64,000 nucleotides of DNA from Gammaproteobacteria bacterium (GTDB lineage Bacteria; Pseudomonadota; Gammaproteobacteria; Natronospirales; REEB76), in assembly GCA_036383255.1 (NCBI GenBank), contig DASVOS010000009.1:47287-111286 (forward strand). Reading direction: 5' to 3'. The stretch's first letter is position 1; every line of letters begins with the position of its first letter. The position numbers were made by a program, and so were the translations under genes. The notes beneath the pieces are model-generated. The model was not told the DNA's origin. It was given only the letters and a program-made list of their open reading frames with translations, and did no database searches. Of the stretch, positions 28,338-37,369 are shown piece by piece.

Positions 28338-28834
28338 GAACCAGCGGTCAGGGTGAGGGTGGTGTCCACCGTGCCGGTGCCGCTCGCGCGTTGCGCGGTC
28401 ATGTCGCGAACGGAGATGCCGTACTGGCGGCGCAGGGTGCCGATCCAGCGGATCACGCTGTCGAAGCCTACCGCCTGCATCTGCACGCGCACGGAGCCAT
28501 CGGGGTTGGTCTGGGCCTGCTTCACGGCGGCACCGAAGCCGGAATCGTTGGCGCTGCGGCTCACCACCGCGAGCAGCGACTGACCGGCGGGGATGCCGGA
28601 GGGCTGCTGCCCGCGCAGGGACTGCAGCCGCGCCGCCATGGGCTGCATCTCGGCGAGCTCGGCCTGGCGCGAGGCGATGTCCGCCGTGAGCCGCGCGCGG
28701 CTCGCGAAGTAGGGATGCAGCAAGGCAAGGTAGACGAACATCCCCACCAGGAACGCAGCACCCACCATCAATATGCGCTGTTCGCGCTGCTGCAGGGACA
28801 GGTACCAGGCCTTGAACTCGGCGAACTGCTTCAT
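28334..28834 (-). CDS. gspM: type II secretion system protein M
   Basis: 166 aa from MKQFAEFKAWYLSLQQREQRILMVGAAFLV. Start and stop overlap gspL and gspN. Confidence 0.8.
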   Translation of the reverse strand: MKQFAEFKAWYLSLQQREQRILMVGAAFLVGMFVYLALLHPYFASRARLTADIASRQAELAEMQPMAARLQSLRGQQPSGIPAGQSLLAVVSRSANDSGFGAAVKQAQTNPDGSVRVQMQAVGFDSVIRWIGTLRRQYGISVRDMTAQRASGTGTVDTTLTLTAGS

Positions 28835-30060
28835 GCACCGCCTCCGCTGAGCACGAGGCGTCCGGTCACCTGGCTGCCGGCGGCGTTCACAGAATCCAGG
28901 TCGGCGCGCACGCCGGCCTGCTGGTTGAGTGCGCCCTTGAGTGCGTCCAGGGCGCCGATGTCGCCGGCCTGGACCTGCACCTGCAGGTTGCCGCCCTGGT
29001 AGTTGAAGCCGGTGACCTGGATGGAGGCGTTGCCGCCGATGGAGTCGCCGAGGGCGGCCAGCAGCGCCAGCAGGGAGCCGGCGGAACTGCCGCCCTGCAG
29101 CGCTCCGAGCTTGCTCTTCATCGCCGTGAGCGCATCGGTGCCTTCCGGCACCGGGCTTCCGGTGGCCTGGGTGTAGAACTCGGCCACCTGGGAATCCAGC
29201 GCCGTCGCCTGGTGACGCAGGCGCACGTAGGAGGTGATCTGCTCGGCGAAACCGAGCAACAGGCAGAGCGCGAGCAATATCGCCGCGACGCGCCACGTGT
29301 GCCAGTGCTCCTGCAGCGGCGTCTGCAGGCGGAAGTCACCCTGCAGCAGGTCGAGCCCGCGTTGGCTGCGCAGCGCCGCCGCGAGGGCCGGCAGCGCGCC
29401 GTCCGCGTTCGGGTGCTTCACGCGCTCCAGCGATGCATCGCCCAGTTCGCCGTCGAAAGTCTCTATATCGGATTCGGTGCCGTACAGAGCCACGCGGGTG
29501 AGGGAACCGCCGCTCTCCGAGGCGCGGCGCTTGAGCAGCGGCGCGCCCAGCGTGCGGTCGGTGGCGAAGCCGCCGCCCTCGGCGAAGCGTACCAGCGCGG
29601 CATCGCCGTCCAGCGCGACGGCGGCAGTGCCGGGTTCCGGCGCCAGGGCGCAGACGTCCGGTATCAGCTGGCGCGGCGCGATGCCGGCCGCGGCGAGCGT
29701 GTCGAGACAGGATTGCATGCGAGCGCGGCTCACCACCGCCACCAGCTGGCCGGCCTCGGTACGGGCGCCGAGCGCGAAGTGCAGTGACTCCACGTCCTCA
29801 GCCAGCTTGTCCTCGAGCATGAAGGGCACGGCCTGCAGCACTTTCTGCGGATTGCGGCTCGGCACTTCCACGTGCAGCAGCGTGACCTGCTCGCCGGGCA
29901 TGAGCACGGTGACACGCCGGCCCTTGGCGAACGGCAAGGCATCCTCGAGGGGGCCCTGCTGCACGTGGCCGATGCGGTTGCCCAGGCCGTCCACCAGCAG
30001 CCAGCGGGCGGGCCCGGCGGCGCGCGGCAGGTGCAGGTAGAGGGATTCGGCCATGCTCAA
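28831..30060 (-). CDS. gspL: type II secretion system protein L
   Basis: 409 aa. Cytoplasmic actin-like N-domain, a central TM helix (WRVAAILLALCLLLGF) and a periplasmic C-domain. Confidence 0.85.
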   Translation of the reverse strand: MSMAESLYLHLPRAAGPARWLLVDGLGNRIGHVQQGPLEDALPFAKGRRVTVLMPGEQVTLLHVEVPSRNPQKVLQAVPFMLEDKLAEDVESLHFALGARTEAGQLVAVVSRARMQSCLDTLAAAGIAPRQLIPDVCALAPEPGTAAVALDGDAALVRFAEGGGFATDRTLGAPLLKRRASESGGSLTRVALYGTESDIETFDGELGDASLERVKHPNADGALPALAAALRSQRGLDLLQGDFRLQTPLQEHWHTWRVAAILLALCLLLGFAEQITSYVRLRHQATALDSQVAEFYTQATGSPVPEGTDALTAMKSKLGALQGGSSAGSLLALLAALGDSIGGNASIQVTGFNYQGGNLQVQVQAGDIGALDALKGALNQQAGVRADLDSVNAAGSQVTGRLVLSGGGA

Positions 30061-31010
30061 AGGGTCCCGAGGGTTCGGCGCACGGTGGTCACGTTGACGC
30101 CGTTGCGCAGCAGCAGACTGTACAGGGTGACGTGGGTGGTGCCAATCTCCGCGTCCACCGTCACCAGGAAGTACTGGCTGTCGTAGCCGATGCCCTTGGG
30201 CGCGAGGTTCCCCGCGGTGAACGCCTGAGGCGGGTTGCCGGTGTTGAACACCACGCTGCCACGCTCGCCGATCACCTGGGAGGCTACGTCGGGTGTGATG
30301 TGCGGGTCCAGGGATTCCAGCACCGGCCCCGAGGCGGTGTTCACGTTCACGGTCGTGGCGCCGCCGCCCAGGGACGGAGGCAGTGCCGAGAGGTAGGGCG
30401 CGAGCCGGGCATACACCTGCGGCGTCACGCCCTTGACCAGCAGCATCTCGCTGATGCTGCTCATGGGCACGCCGGAGGTGAGGTAGGCTGGCTGCAGGCG
30501 CGAGTAGTAGTCGTCCTTGGCGCCGCCCTGGCTCGCGCCGGTGCCGGGGCTCATCCAGTCGGCGGCGGCGTCGGCGATGGCGGGGTCGAGTTCGAGCGCC
30601 TGCAAGAGGCGGCGGAACTGCTCCACCACCGGCGCCTGGATCACGCCCTGGGCATTCACCAGGTTGTTGACGTTGAAGCGGCCCTGCAGATCCTCGATGC
30701 GGCCCTGGATCTGGCCGCCGTCCACCGGCAGCGGCGGCAGCTGCTGCGCCCAGTCCTGGCTCAAGGCGGTGACGCCCTGGTTCTTGCGCGCGGCGCGCGA
30801 GAGGATCTGGCCCGCCCAGGCCTCGGCGCCGAGCGCGTACTCCATGGCCTGGTCGCCCTGCACCAGCGTCGCGGTGCGCCGTTCGTCGAGCCCCGTCTGC
30901 CAGATCATGGCGGCGGACATGCCGGCGGCGATGGCCAGCACCACCAGCGCGGTGATGAGCGCGACGCCGCGTTGGCGTGCGCTCACGTCAGGGACCGCAG
31001 TTCGAGGCAC
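30057..31010 (-). CDS. gspK: type II secretion minor pseudopilin K
   Basis: 317 aa. RQRGVALITALVVLAIAA N-terminus, then LQGRFNVNNL. Confidence 0.85.
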   Translation of the reverse strand: MPRTAVPDVSARQRGVALITALVVLAIAAGMSAAMIWQTGLDERRTATLVQGDQAMEYALGAEAWAGQILSRAARKNQGVTALSQDWAQQLPPLPVDGGQIQGRIEDLQGRFNVNNLVNAQGVIQAPVVEQFRRLLQALELDPAIADAAADWMSPGTGASQGGAKDDYYSRLQPAYLTSGVPMSSISEMLLVKGVTPQVYARLAPYLSALPPSLGGGATTVNVNTASGPVLESLDPHITPDVASQVIGERGSVVFNTGNPPQAFTAGNLAPKGIGYDSQYFLVTVDAEIGTTHVTLYSLLLRNGVNVTTVRRTLGTL

Positions 31011-31629
31011 AGCTCGCCACCTCCACTATGCGGGTCAGCTCCCCCAGGTCCTTGAGCGTGACTGTGATGCTGACGGCGACCGGCAGCACGTCGCCCGCAG
31101 GTTTCACGCCGGTGGGCGGACGCACGGCAGTGGCGGTCCACACGTCCTGGAAGCTCTTGGAGACGGGGTCCATGTACTGGAACTTGATGGAGCTCACATC
31201 GTCCAGCAGCGGCTGCTTGGCGGGTGTGAGCTGCGCCATGCCGTCCAGCTCCGGCCACCAGGAGCGCATGAGCTTGCCGTCCTCCAGGCTGTAAGCCACG
31301 CGCTGCTGGGTGCTGCGCACCGTGCCGAGCGGGTTGCTCCAGCCGCCGCGGGTGAACACGATGGGCGGCACATTGTCGGGACCCGCCACCAAGGCGGGCA
31401 CGCTGCCGCCCAGGCCGTCGCGCACCGGGCGCGGCTCGAGCTGAGCGAAGTCTCGCGCCATGATGTCCATGGCGAGTTGCACCTGGCGCAGGCGCTTCAT
31501 GGTGTCGCGGTTGCCTTCCGACTGCTTGGTCACGGCGCCGAGGCCGCCGTAGGCGATGGCCATGATCAGCGCGGTGATGCTCAAGGCCACCAGCAACTCG
31601 ATCAGCGTGAAGCCGCGCGCGCGATCCAC
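30988..31629 (-). CDS. gspJ: type II secretion minor pseudopilin J
   Basis: Start inferred at the GTG at 31629 (alternative TTG at 31635). Prepilin N-terminus RGFTLIELLVALSITALIM. 213 aa. Confidence 0.8.
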   Translation of the reverse strand: MDRARGFTLIELLVALSITALIMAIAYGGLGAVTKQSEGNRDTMKRLRQVQLAMDIMARDFAQLEPRPVRDGLGGSVPALVAGPDNVPPIVFTRGGWSNPLGTVRSTQQRVAYSLEDGKLMRSWWPELDGMAQLTPAKQPLLDDVSSIKFQYMDPVSKSFQDVWTATAVRPPTGVKPAGDVLPVAVSITVTLKDLGELTRIVEVASCASNCGP

Positions 31630-31631
31630 GT

Positions 31632-32006
31632 TCAACCTCGCTGCAGCGGCCGGCCCATGAAGCCGGTGACGGTGGTGATGACCTCGTCGCTGTCGGGCAG
31701 GCTCACGTCGATGTCCACCCGCAGGAGATCCGGATCCGCGGTCTTGGTCATGGTGGCCTTCCAGTGCCACTTCTGGCCGCCCATGTCGGCGTCGCCGTTC
31801 AGCGAGTCGTCGCTGGGCCAGCTCTGGGCCACCCGCAGCATGGTGAGCTCGTTCATGCCCACCCAGCCGGCGAAGGTCTTGTCCCGCAGGTGCGCGCCCA
31901 GGCGCGAACTGGAGCCGGCGGTGCCGATCACCGCCAGCATGCCGAGCGCCAGCACCGCGAGCGCGATCAGCACCTCGAGCAGCGTGAAGCCGCGCGCGCG
32001 CTTCAT
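31632..32006 (-). CDS. gspI: type II secretion minor pseudopilin I
   Basis: 124 aa. MKRARGFTLLEVLIALAVLA prepilin leader and N-terminal helix. Confidence 0.85.
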   Translation of the reverse strand: MKRARGFTLLEVLIALAVLALGMLAVIGTAGSSSRLGAHLRDKTFAGWVGMNELTMLRVAQSWPSDDSLNGDADMGGQKWHWKATMTKTADPDLLRVDIDVSLPDSDEVITTVTGFMGRPLQRG

Positions 32007-32593
32007 GGCCTGGCCTTGCCGGCGTCGGCAGCTGGTTCCACCACCGTGATGCCGTCCGTGAGGGAGCCCTTGACGGTGTATGCCGCGCCGGAGACACCGG
32101 CCACCTCGATCTCGAAGGGCAGGAGCTCGCCACTGGACAGGAGCAGCACCTGGGGCAGTTCGGTCTGGTCCGTATCACCTTCATGCCCGGCGGGCGTCGC
32201 GCTGGTGGCGGCAGCCGGTTCCTCTACCGTGGCGGGCGGCGGCGCCAACGCCGCAGTGGTGCCGTCCATGTGCAGTGTGAGCGTCACGTCATCGCCAAGG
32301 TCGCGGCGATAGAAGAGGTTATCGGCCTGCAGCGGCGCCCACTTGCGGCCATCGTAGGTATAGAAGGAGTAGCCGTGGGCCTCGATGCGCAGGCCGTACA
32401 CACGACCCTGCATCACCGCCTGCTCGGAAGCGAGGCCCGCGAGGTCCGCCAGTTCATGCGCGGCTTTCTGCGCCGGCGGGTCGCGGCCGAGGGCGCCGGT
32501 GGATATAACGGCGACGCTGGCGATCACCGCGATGATCACCATCACCACCAGGAGTTCGAGGAGCGTGAAGCCCTTTGTCCGTTGCGGGCTCAC
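32003..32593 (-). CDS. gspH: type II secretion minor pseudopilin H
   Basis: 196 aa. KGFTLLELLVVMVIIAVIA. Confidence 0.8.
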   Translation of the reverse strand: MSPQRTKGFTLLELLVVMVIIAVIASVAVISTGALGRDPPAQKAAHELADLAGLASEQAVMQGRVYGLRIEAHGYSFYTYDGRKWAPLQADNLFYRRDLGDDVTLTLHMDGTTAALAPPPATVEEPAAATSATPAGHEGDTDQTELPQVLLLSSGELLPFEIEVAGVSGAAYTVKGSLTDGITVVEPAADAGKARP

Positions 32594-32611
32594 CGTGGGC
32601 GTCCTTGCCGG

Positions 32612-33067
32612 TCAGTGTCCGCCGTTCGCGGCGTTCCCGTTCATGTTCCAGTTGCCCATGTCGCCGTTCACCCCCTCGCCGCCGGGCGTGCCGTCGGCGC
32701 CGTTGGACCAGATGTCCACCGCAGTGCCATGGGTGCCCGGGTTCAGGTACTGGTAGGGGTGGCCCCAGGGGTCCACCGGCAGCTGGTCCAGGTACTGCTT
32801 CCAGTGGGCCGGCTCAGGGTTGGCCGAGGGCTTCTGCACCAGCGCTTGCAGGCCCTGCTCGGTGCTCGGGTAGACATAGTTGTCGAGGCGGTACATCTCC
32901 AGGGTGGACTGGATCTGCTGGATATCGGCCTTGACCTTCACCAGGCGGGCCTCGTCGGGCTTGTCCATGATCTTGGGGACGATGACCGCGGCCAGGATGC
33001 CGAGGATGACCACCACCACCATCACTTCGATGAGGGTGAAACCGGATTGCTGCTTGCGGGTCTGCAT
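32612..33067 (-). CDS. gspG: type II secretion major pseudopilin G
   Basis: 151 aa from MQTRKQQSGFTLIEVMVVVVILGILAAVIVPKIM. Conserved DPWGHPYQY and GADGTPGGEG..D.GNW, plus an extra 11-aa NMNGNAANGGH tail. Confidence 0.9.
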   Translation of the reverse strand: MQTRKQQSGFTLIEVMVVVVILGILAAVIVPKIMDKPDEARLVKVKADIQQIQSTLEMYRLDNYVYPSTEQGLQALVQKPSANPEPAHWKQYLDQLPVDPWGHPYQYLNPGTHGTAVDIWSNGADGTPGGEGVNGDMGNWNMNGNAANGGH

Positions 33068-33137
33068 GGCTGTTTTGGCTGATAAAATCAGGGTTGGCGC
33101 GCATCCTCGCGCAGGCCCAATCATACACTAGCCTCCC

Positions 33138-33767
33138 ATGCCCCCGGTGTCCCAACGCATCCTCGGCCTCGCGCGGCGTCACTGGCCGCTGCTCGCGCTG
33201 CTGCTGCCGTGCCTGCTCCTTGCGCTGGGCGGCGAACCCGTGCGCGTGGCCCTGCGCTACGAGCGCGCCGCCATCCTGCACGGGGAAGCGTGGCGGCTCT
33301 TCACCGGAAACTTCGTGCACCTCGGCTTGGGGCATCTGCTCGAGGACATGGCGGGCCTCCTGCTGCTGTGGCTCCTGTTCGAGGATGCGCTGCCGGGCTG
33401 GCGGACGCCGGCAGTGGTCTGCGCCGGTGCGCTGGCCGTAGGCCTCGGCCTGCTGGCGGGCGACCCGCAGGTGGACTGGTATGTGGGCATCTCCGGTGCC
33501 CTCGACACCCTGTGGGCCGCCGGCAGCCTCGGGCTGATCCGGCGCCGCGACCGCTTCGGCTGGGTGCTGGCGGCACTGCTGGTGGCGAAGCTCGCCTACG
33601 AACAGTGTTTCGGCGCGCTGCCGTTCTCCAGCGTGTCCACCGGCGGCGCCGTGATCGTGGACGCACACCTCTACGGCGCCTTCGCCGGCGCGCTCATCGG
33701 CTTTGGCGGCGGCCTGCCATGGCACCGTATAATGCGCGGTCCTAAACGGAGTGGAGACGGAGCATGA
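33138..33767 (+). CDS. rrtA: rhombosortase-like rhomboid-family intramembrane serine protease
   Basis: 209 aa, polytopic. YERAAILHGEAWRLFTGNFVHLGLGHLL, the GISGAL serine motif and a late DAHLYGAFAG histidine match my memory of the rhombosortase subfamily rather than GlpG. Confidence 0.7.
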   Translation: MPPVSQRILGLARRHWPLLALLLPCLLLALGGEPVRVALRYERAAILHGEAWRLFTGNFVHLGLGHLLEDMAGLLLLWLLFEDALPGWRTPAVVCAGALAVGLGLLAGDPQVDWYVGISGALDTLWAAGSLGLIRRRDRFGWVLAALLVAKLAYEQCFGALPFSSVSTGGAVIVDAHLYGAFAGALIGFGGGLPWHRIMRGPKRSGDGA

Positions 33768-34699
33768 GTTTCGCCGCGGTGTTCCCGGGACAGGGTTCCC
33801 AGTCGCTCGGCATGCTGGGCACGCTCGCGGCCGAGCGGCCCGAGGTGCAGCAGACCTTCGCCGAGGCTTCCGCGGCGCTCGGCTACGACCTGTGGGCACT
33901 CTGCCAGCAGGGGCCCGAGGAGCGGCTCAACGCCACCCAGCAGACCCAGCCTGCGCTTCTCGCCGCCGGCGTCGCCGCCTGGCGCACGTGGAAGGCCGCG
34001 GGCGGCGCCGATCCTTCCGCCATGGCGGGCCATAGCCTGGGTGAGTACACGGCACTGGTCTGTGCGGGCGCTCTCGACTTCAAGGACGCCATCAAGCTCG
34101 TGGAGTTCCGCGGACAGGCCATGCAGGAGGCCGTGCCTGCCGGTACCGGCGCCATGTTCGTCATCATCGGCCTGGATGACGGCGCGGTGCGTGCTGCCTG
34201 CGCCGAGGCGGCGCAGAGCGAAGTGGTGGAGGCCGTGAACTTCAACGCGCCTGGCCAGGTGGTCATAGCCGGTTCCAAGGCCGCGGTGGAGCGCGCCGGC
34301 GAGCTGTGCAAGGCCAAGGGCGCCAAGCGCGCGCTGCCCTTGCCGGTGAGTGCGCCCTCCCACTGCGCGCTGATGAAGCCCGCCGCCGAGCGGCTCGCGC
34401 AGAAGCTCGCCGCCCTCGACATCAAGCCGCCGCGCATCCCCGTGATCCACAACGTGGACGTGAGCAGGCATCCCGATGCGGATGAGATCCGTGCGGCGCT
34501 CAAGGCGCAGCTCCACAGCCCGGTGCGCTGGGTCGAGACGGTGCAGAAGCTCGCGCACGACGGCATGGCGAAGCAGGTGGAGTTCGGCCCCGGCAAGGTG
34601 CTGGCCGGCCTCGGCAAGCGCATCGACAAGGCCGTGGAGACCCACCCCGTGTACGACCCCTCGACGCTGCAGGCCGCCCTGGCCGCGGCAGGAGCCTGA
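33764..34699 (+). CDS. fabD: malonyl-CoA:ACP transacylase
   Basis: 311 aa. FPGQGSQ and GHSLGEY motifs. ATGA overlap with the rhombosortase stop. Confidence 0.95.
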   Translation: MSFAAVFPGQGSQSLGMLGTLAAERPEVQQTFAEASAALGYDLWALCQQGPEERLNATQQTQPALLAAGVAAWRTWKAAGGADPSAMAGHSLGEYTALVCAGALDFKDAIKLVEFRGQAMQEAVPAGTGAMFVIIGLDDGAVRAACAEAAQSEVVEAVNFNAPGQVVIAGSKAAVERAGELCKAKGAKRALPLPVSAPSHCALMKPAAERLAQKLAALDIKPPRIPVIHNVDVSRHPDADEIRAALKAQLHSPVRWVETVQKLAHDGMAKQVEFGPGKVLAGLGKRIDKAVETHPVYDPSTLQAALAAAGA

Positions 34700-34701
34700 A
34701 C

Positions 34702-35442
34702 ATGCTGAACCAGGACATCGCCCTCGTCACCGGCGCCACCCGCGGCATCGGCAAGGCCATCGCGGTCGCGCTCGGCAAGGCCGGCGCCACCGTGGTGGGT
34801 ACCGCCACCAAGCCCGAGGGCGCTCAGCAGATCAGCGGCTACCTCAAGGCCGAGGGCATCAAGGGCAAGGGCGTGGTGCTCGACGTCTCGGATTCCGCCC
34901 AGGTGGACGGGACGCTCAAGGCGCTGGTGGCTGAGTTCGGCGATCCCACGGTGCTCGTGAACAACGCCGGCATCACCCGCGACACGCTGCTCCTGCGCAT
35001 GAAGGAGGAGGACTGGAACGCGGTGCTCGACACCGACCTCACCTCGGTGTTCCGCCTGTCCAAGGCCTGCCTGCGAGGCATGATGAAGGCGCGGCGTGGC
35101 CGCATCATCAGCATCGCCTCGGTGGTGGGCGCATCCGGCAACCCTGGCCAGGCCAACTATTGTGCCGCCAAGGCCGGCATCATGGGCTTCACACGCTCAC
35201 TGGCCCAGGAAGTGGGTTCGCGCAACGTCACCGTGAACACGGTGGCACCGGGCTTCATCGACACCGACATGACCCGCGCGCTCACCGATGAGCAGCGGGC
35301 CGCGCTCATGCAGAAGATCCCGCTGGAGCGCCTCGGCGCGCCGGAGGACATCGCCGCCACGGTGCTGTTCCTCGCCTCGCCGGGCGCAAGCTACATCACC
35401 GGTGAGACGATCCACGTCAACGGCGGCATGTATATGGCCTAG
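34702..35442 (+). CDS. fabG: 3-oxoacyl-ACP reductase
   Basis: 246 aa. TGATRGIGKAI, NNAGITRD and YCAAKAG short-chain dehydrogenase motifs. Confidence 0.95.
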   Translation: MLNQDIALVTGATRGIGKAIAVALGKAGATVVGTATKPEGAQQISGYLKAEGIKGKGVVLDVSDSAQVDGTLKALVAEFGDPTVLVNNAGITRDTLLLRMKEEDWNAVLDTDLTSVFRLSKACLRGMMKARRGRIISIASVVGASGNPGQANYCAAKAGIMGFTRSLAQEVGSRNVTVNTVAPGFIDTDMTRALTDEQRAALMQKIPLERLGAPEDIAATVLFLASPGASYITGETIHVNGGMYMA

Positions 35443-35736
35443 CCCAAGCCGCCACGAGGCGGGCTGCGGCTGCGTTGCCCGTCGGCTCGGAACCCTCATG
35501 TACTGCTTGTACACTCGGGATTCCTCGCCGCCGGGCGCCTTGCCTCGCTCCACCTCATGGCGGCTTTGGCGAGTTTGGCTTGGTTTTTGAGGGGTTTAGA
35601 GGGCTTATCGGCCTATTTGGAAAGGGTATAAAGGGCAAGTGGCGCAGACAGGGGGTTTTCTCTACAATACCGCCCCCAGTTTGGTCGGTTATGCCGATGC
35701 CGAACTGTTTTGTCACACTGGGAGGTCCCAACAGTC

Positions 35737-35979
35737 ATGAGCAGCATTGAAGAACGCGTCAAGAAGATCGTCGTCGAACAACTGGGCGTGAAGGAAGACC
35801 AGGTCTCCCCGCAGGCCTCCTTCGTGGACGATCTGGGCGCTGACTCGCTGGATACCGTGGAGCTCGTGATGGCGCTCGAGGAAGAGTTCGAGTGCGAGAT
35901 CCCCGACGAAGAGGCCGAGAAGATCACCACCGTCGGCCAGGCCATCAGCTACATCAAGGAACACCTGCCCAACGCCTGA
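35737..35979 (+). CDS. acpP: acyl carrier protein
   Basis: 80 aa from [18 protein letters not shown], with the [20 protein letters not shown] phosphopantetheine site. Confidence 0.95.
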   Translation: MSSIEERVKKIVVEQLGVKEDQVSPQASFVDDLGADSLDTVELVMALEEEFECEIPDEEAEKITTVGQAISYIKEHLPNA

Positions 35980-36003
35980 GTGGCGGGATTCCGCAGAACA
36001 AGC

Positions 36004-36031
36004 GCCGTTGTCATCGCGAGGTGACAACGGC
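36004..36031 (+). promoter_or_regulatory. 10-bp stem hairpin between acpP and fabF (attenuator or partial terminator candidate)
   Basis: GCCGTTGTCA-TCGCGAGG-TGACAACGGC, followed by CTTGTCATTT. Confidence 0.4.
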
Positions 36032-36104
36032 CTTGTCATTTATGAGATGACGCGGCTATCCGCGTATACTCGGTGAATATGCGAGCGAGAAGAGGGCAGT
36101 CCAA

Positions 36105-37346
36105 GTGAGCAAGCGTCGGGTCGTCGTCACCGGCATGGGGATAATCTCCCCGGTCGGCAACAGCATCGAGGAATCCTGGGCCAACATCCTCGCCGGCAAG
36201 AGCGGCGTAGGGCAGGTGACCCATTTCGACGTCACCAACTACCCGACCAAGATCGCGGCCGAGGTTAAGAACTTCGACCCGGCCCAGTACATCACGCCGA
36301 AGGACATCAAGAAGATGGATCCCTTCGTGCACTACGGCATCGCGGCGTCGGTGCAGGCCTTCAAGGACTCCGGCATCCAGGTGACCCCGGAGAACGCGGC
36401 GCGCATCGGCGTCGCCGTGGGTGCAGGTATCGGCGGCCTCACCAACATCGAGAAGGCCCATTCCTCCATCATCGACAACAATGGCCCGAAGCGCGTGTCG
36501 CCGTTCTTCGTGCCCTCCAGCATCATCAACATGATCTCAGGGCATCTGTCGATCATGTACGGCCTCAAGGGCCCGAACTACGCCGTGGTCACGGCCTGCA
36601 CCACCGCCAACCACAACATCGGCCTGGCGATGCGCAACATCCAGTACGGCGAGGCCGACGTGATGGTGGCGGGCGGCGCCGAGATGGCGGTGACGCCGCT
36701 CGGCCTCGGCGGCTTCTGCGCCGCGCGCGCCCTCTCGGAGCGCAACGATGCGCCGGAGAAGGCCAGCCGTCCCTGGGACAAGGACCGCGACGGCTTCGTG
36801 CTGGGCGAGGGCGCCGGGGTGCTGGTGCTGGAGGAGTACGAGCACGCGAAGAAGCGCGGCGCCAAGATCTATTGCGAGCTCATCGGCTTCGGCATGAGCG
36901 GCGACGCCTACCACATGACTTCCCCGCCGGACGACGGCGAGGGCGCGCGCCTGTGCATGACGAACTCGCTGAACGATGCCGGCATCAAGCCGGAGCAGGT
37001 GGACTACATCAACGCCCACGGGACCTCCACACCGGTGGGCGACAAGGGCGAGACCATCGCCATCAAGCGTGCTTTCGGCGACTACGCGAAGAAGGTCGCC
37101 ATCAGCTCCACCAAGTCCATGACGGGGCACCTGCTGGGCGCCGCCGGCGGCGTGGAAGCGGTGTTCAGCATCCTGGCGATGCGCGACCAGGTGGCACCGC
37201 CCACCATCAACCTGGAGAATCCGGACCCCGAGTGCGATCTCGACTACGTGCCGAACAAGGCGCGCAAGATGAAGATCGACGTGGTGCTGTCCAACTCCTT
37301 CGGGTTCGGCGGCACCAACGGCACGCTGGTGTTCCGCCGCATCTGA
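36105..37346 (+). CDS. fabF: 3-oxoacyl-ACP synthase II
   Basis: 413 aa with a GTG start. [13 protein letters not shown], the ACTTANH active-site Cys region, and [14 protein letters not shown]. Confidence 0.95.
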   Translation: MSKRRVVVTGMGIISPVGNSIEESWANILAGKSGVGQVTHFDVTNYPTKIAAEVKNFDPAQYITPKDIKKMDPFVHYGIAASVQAFKDSGIQVTPENAARIGVAVGAGIGGLTNIEKAHSSIIDNNGPKRVSPFFVPSSIINMISGHLSIMYGLKGPNYAVVTACTTANHNIGLAMRNIQYGEADVMVAGGAEMAVTPLGLGGFCAARALSERNDAPEKASRPWDKDRDGFVLGEGAGVLVLEEYEHAKKRGAKIYCELIGFGMSGDAYHMTSPPDDGEGARLCMTNSLNDAGIKPEQVDYINAHGTSTPVGDKGETIAIKRAFGDYAKKVAISSTKSMTGHLLGAAGGVEAVFSILAMRDQVAPPTINLENPDPECDLDYVPNKARKMKIDVVLSNSFGFGGTNGTLVFRRI

Positions 37347-37369
37347 GCGGCGGAATCCCGCGGCCGGCC

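Noticed and set aside
35443-35736. The roughly 290-nt fabG-acpP intergenic region, considered as a possible ncRNA locus.
   Set aside because: A long spacer carrying the acpP promoter is normal for this operon. I can see a TACAAT hexamer near 35667-35672 but no convincing structured element or terminator that would define a separate RNA gene.
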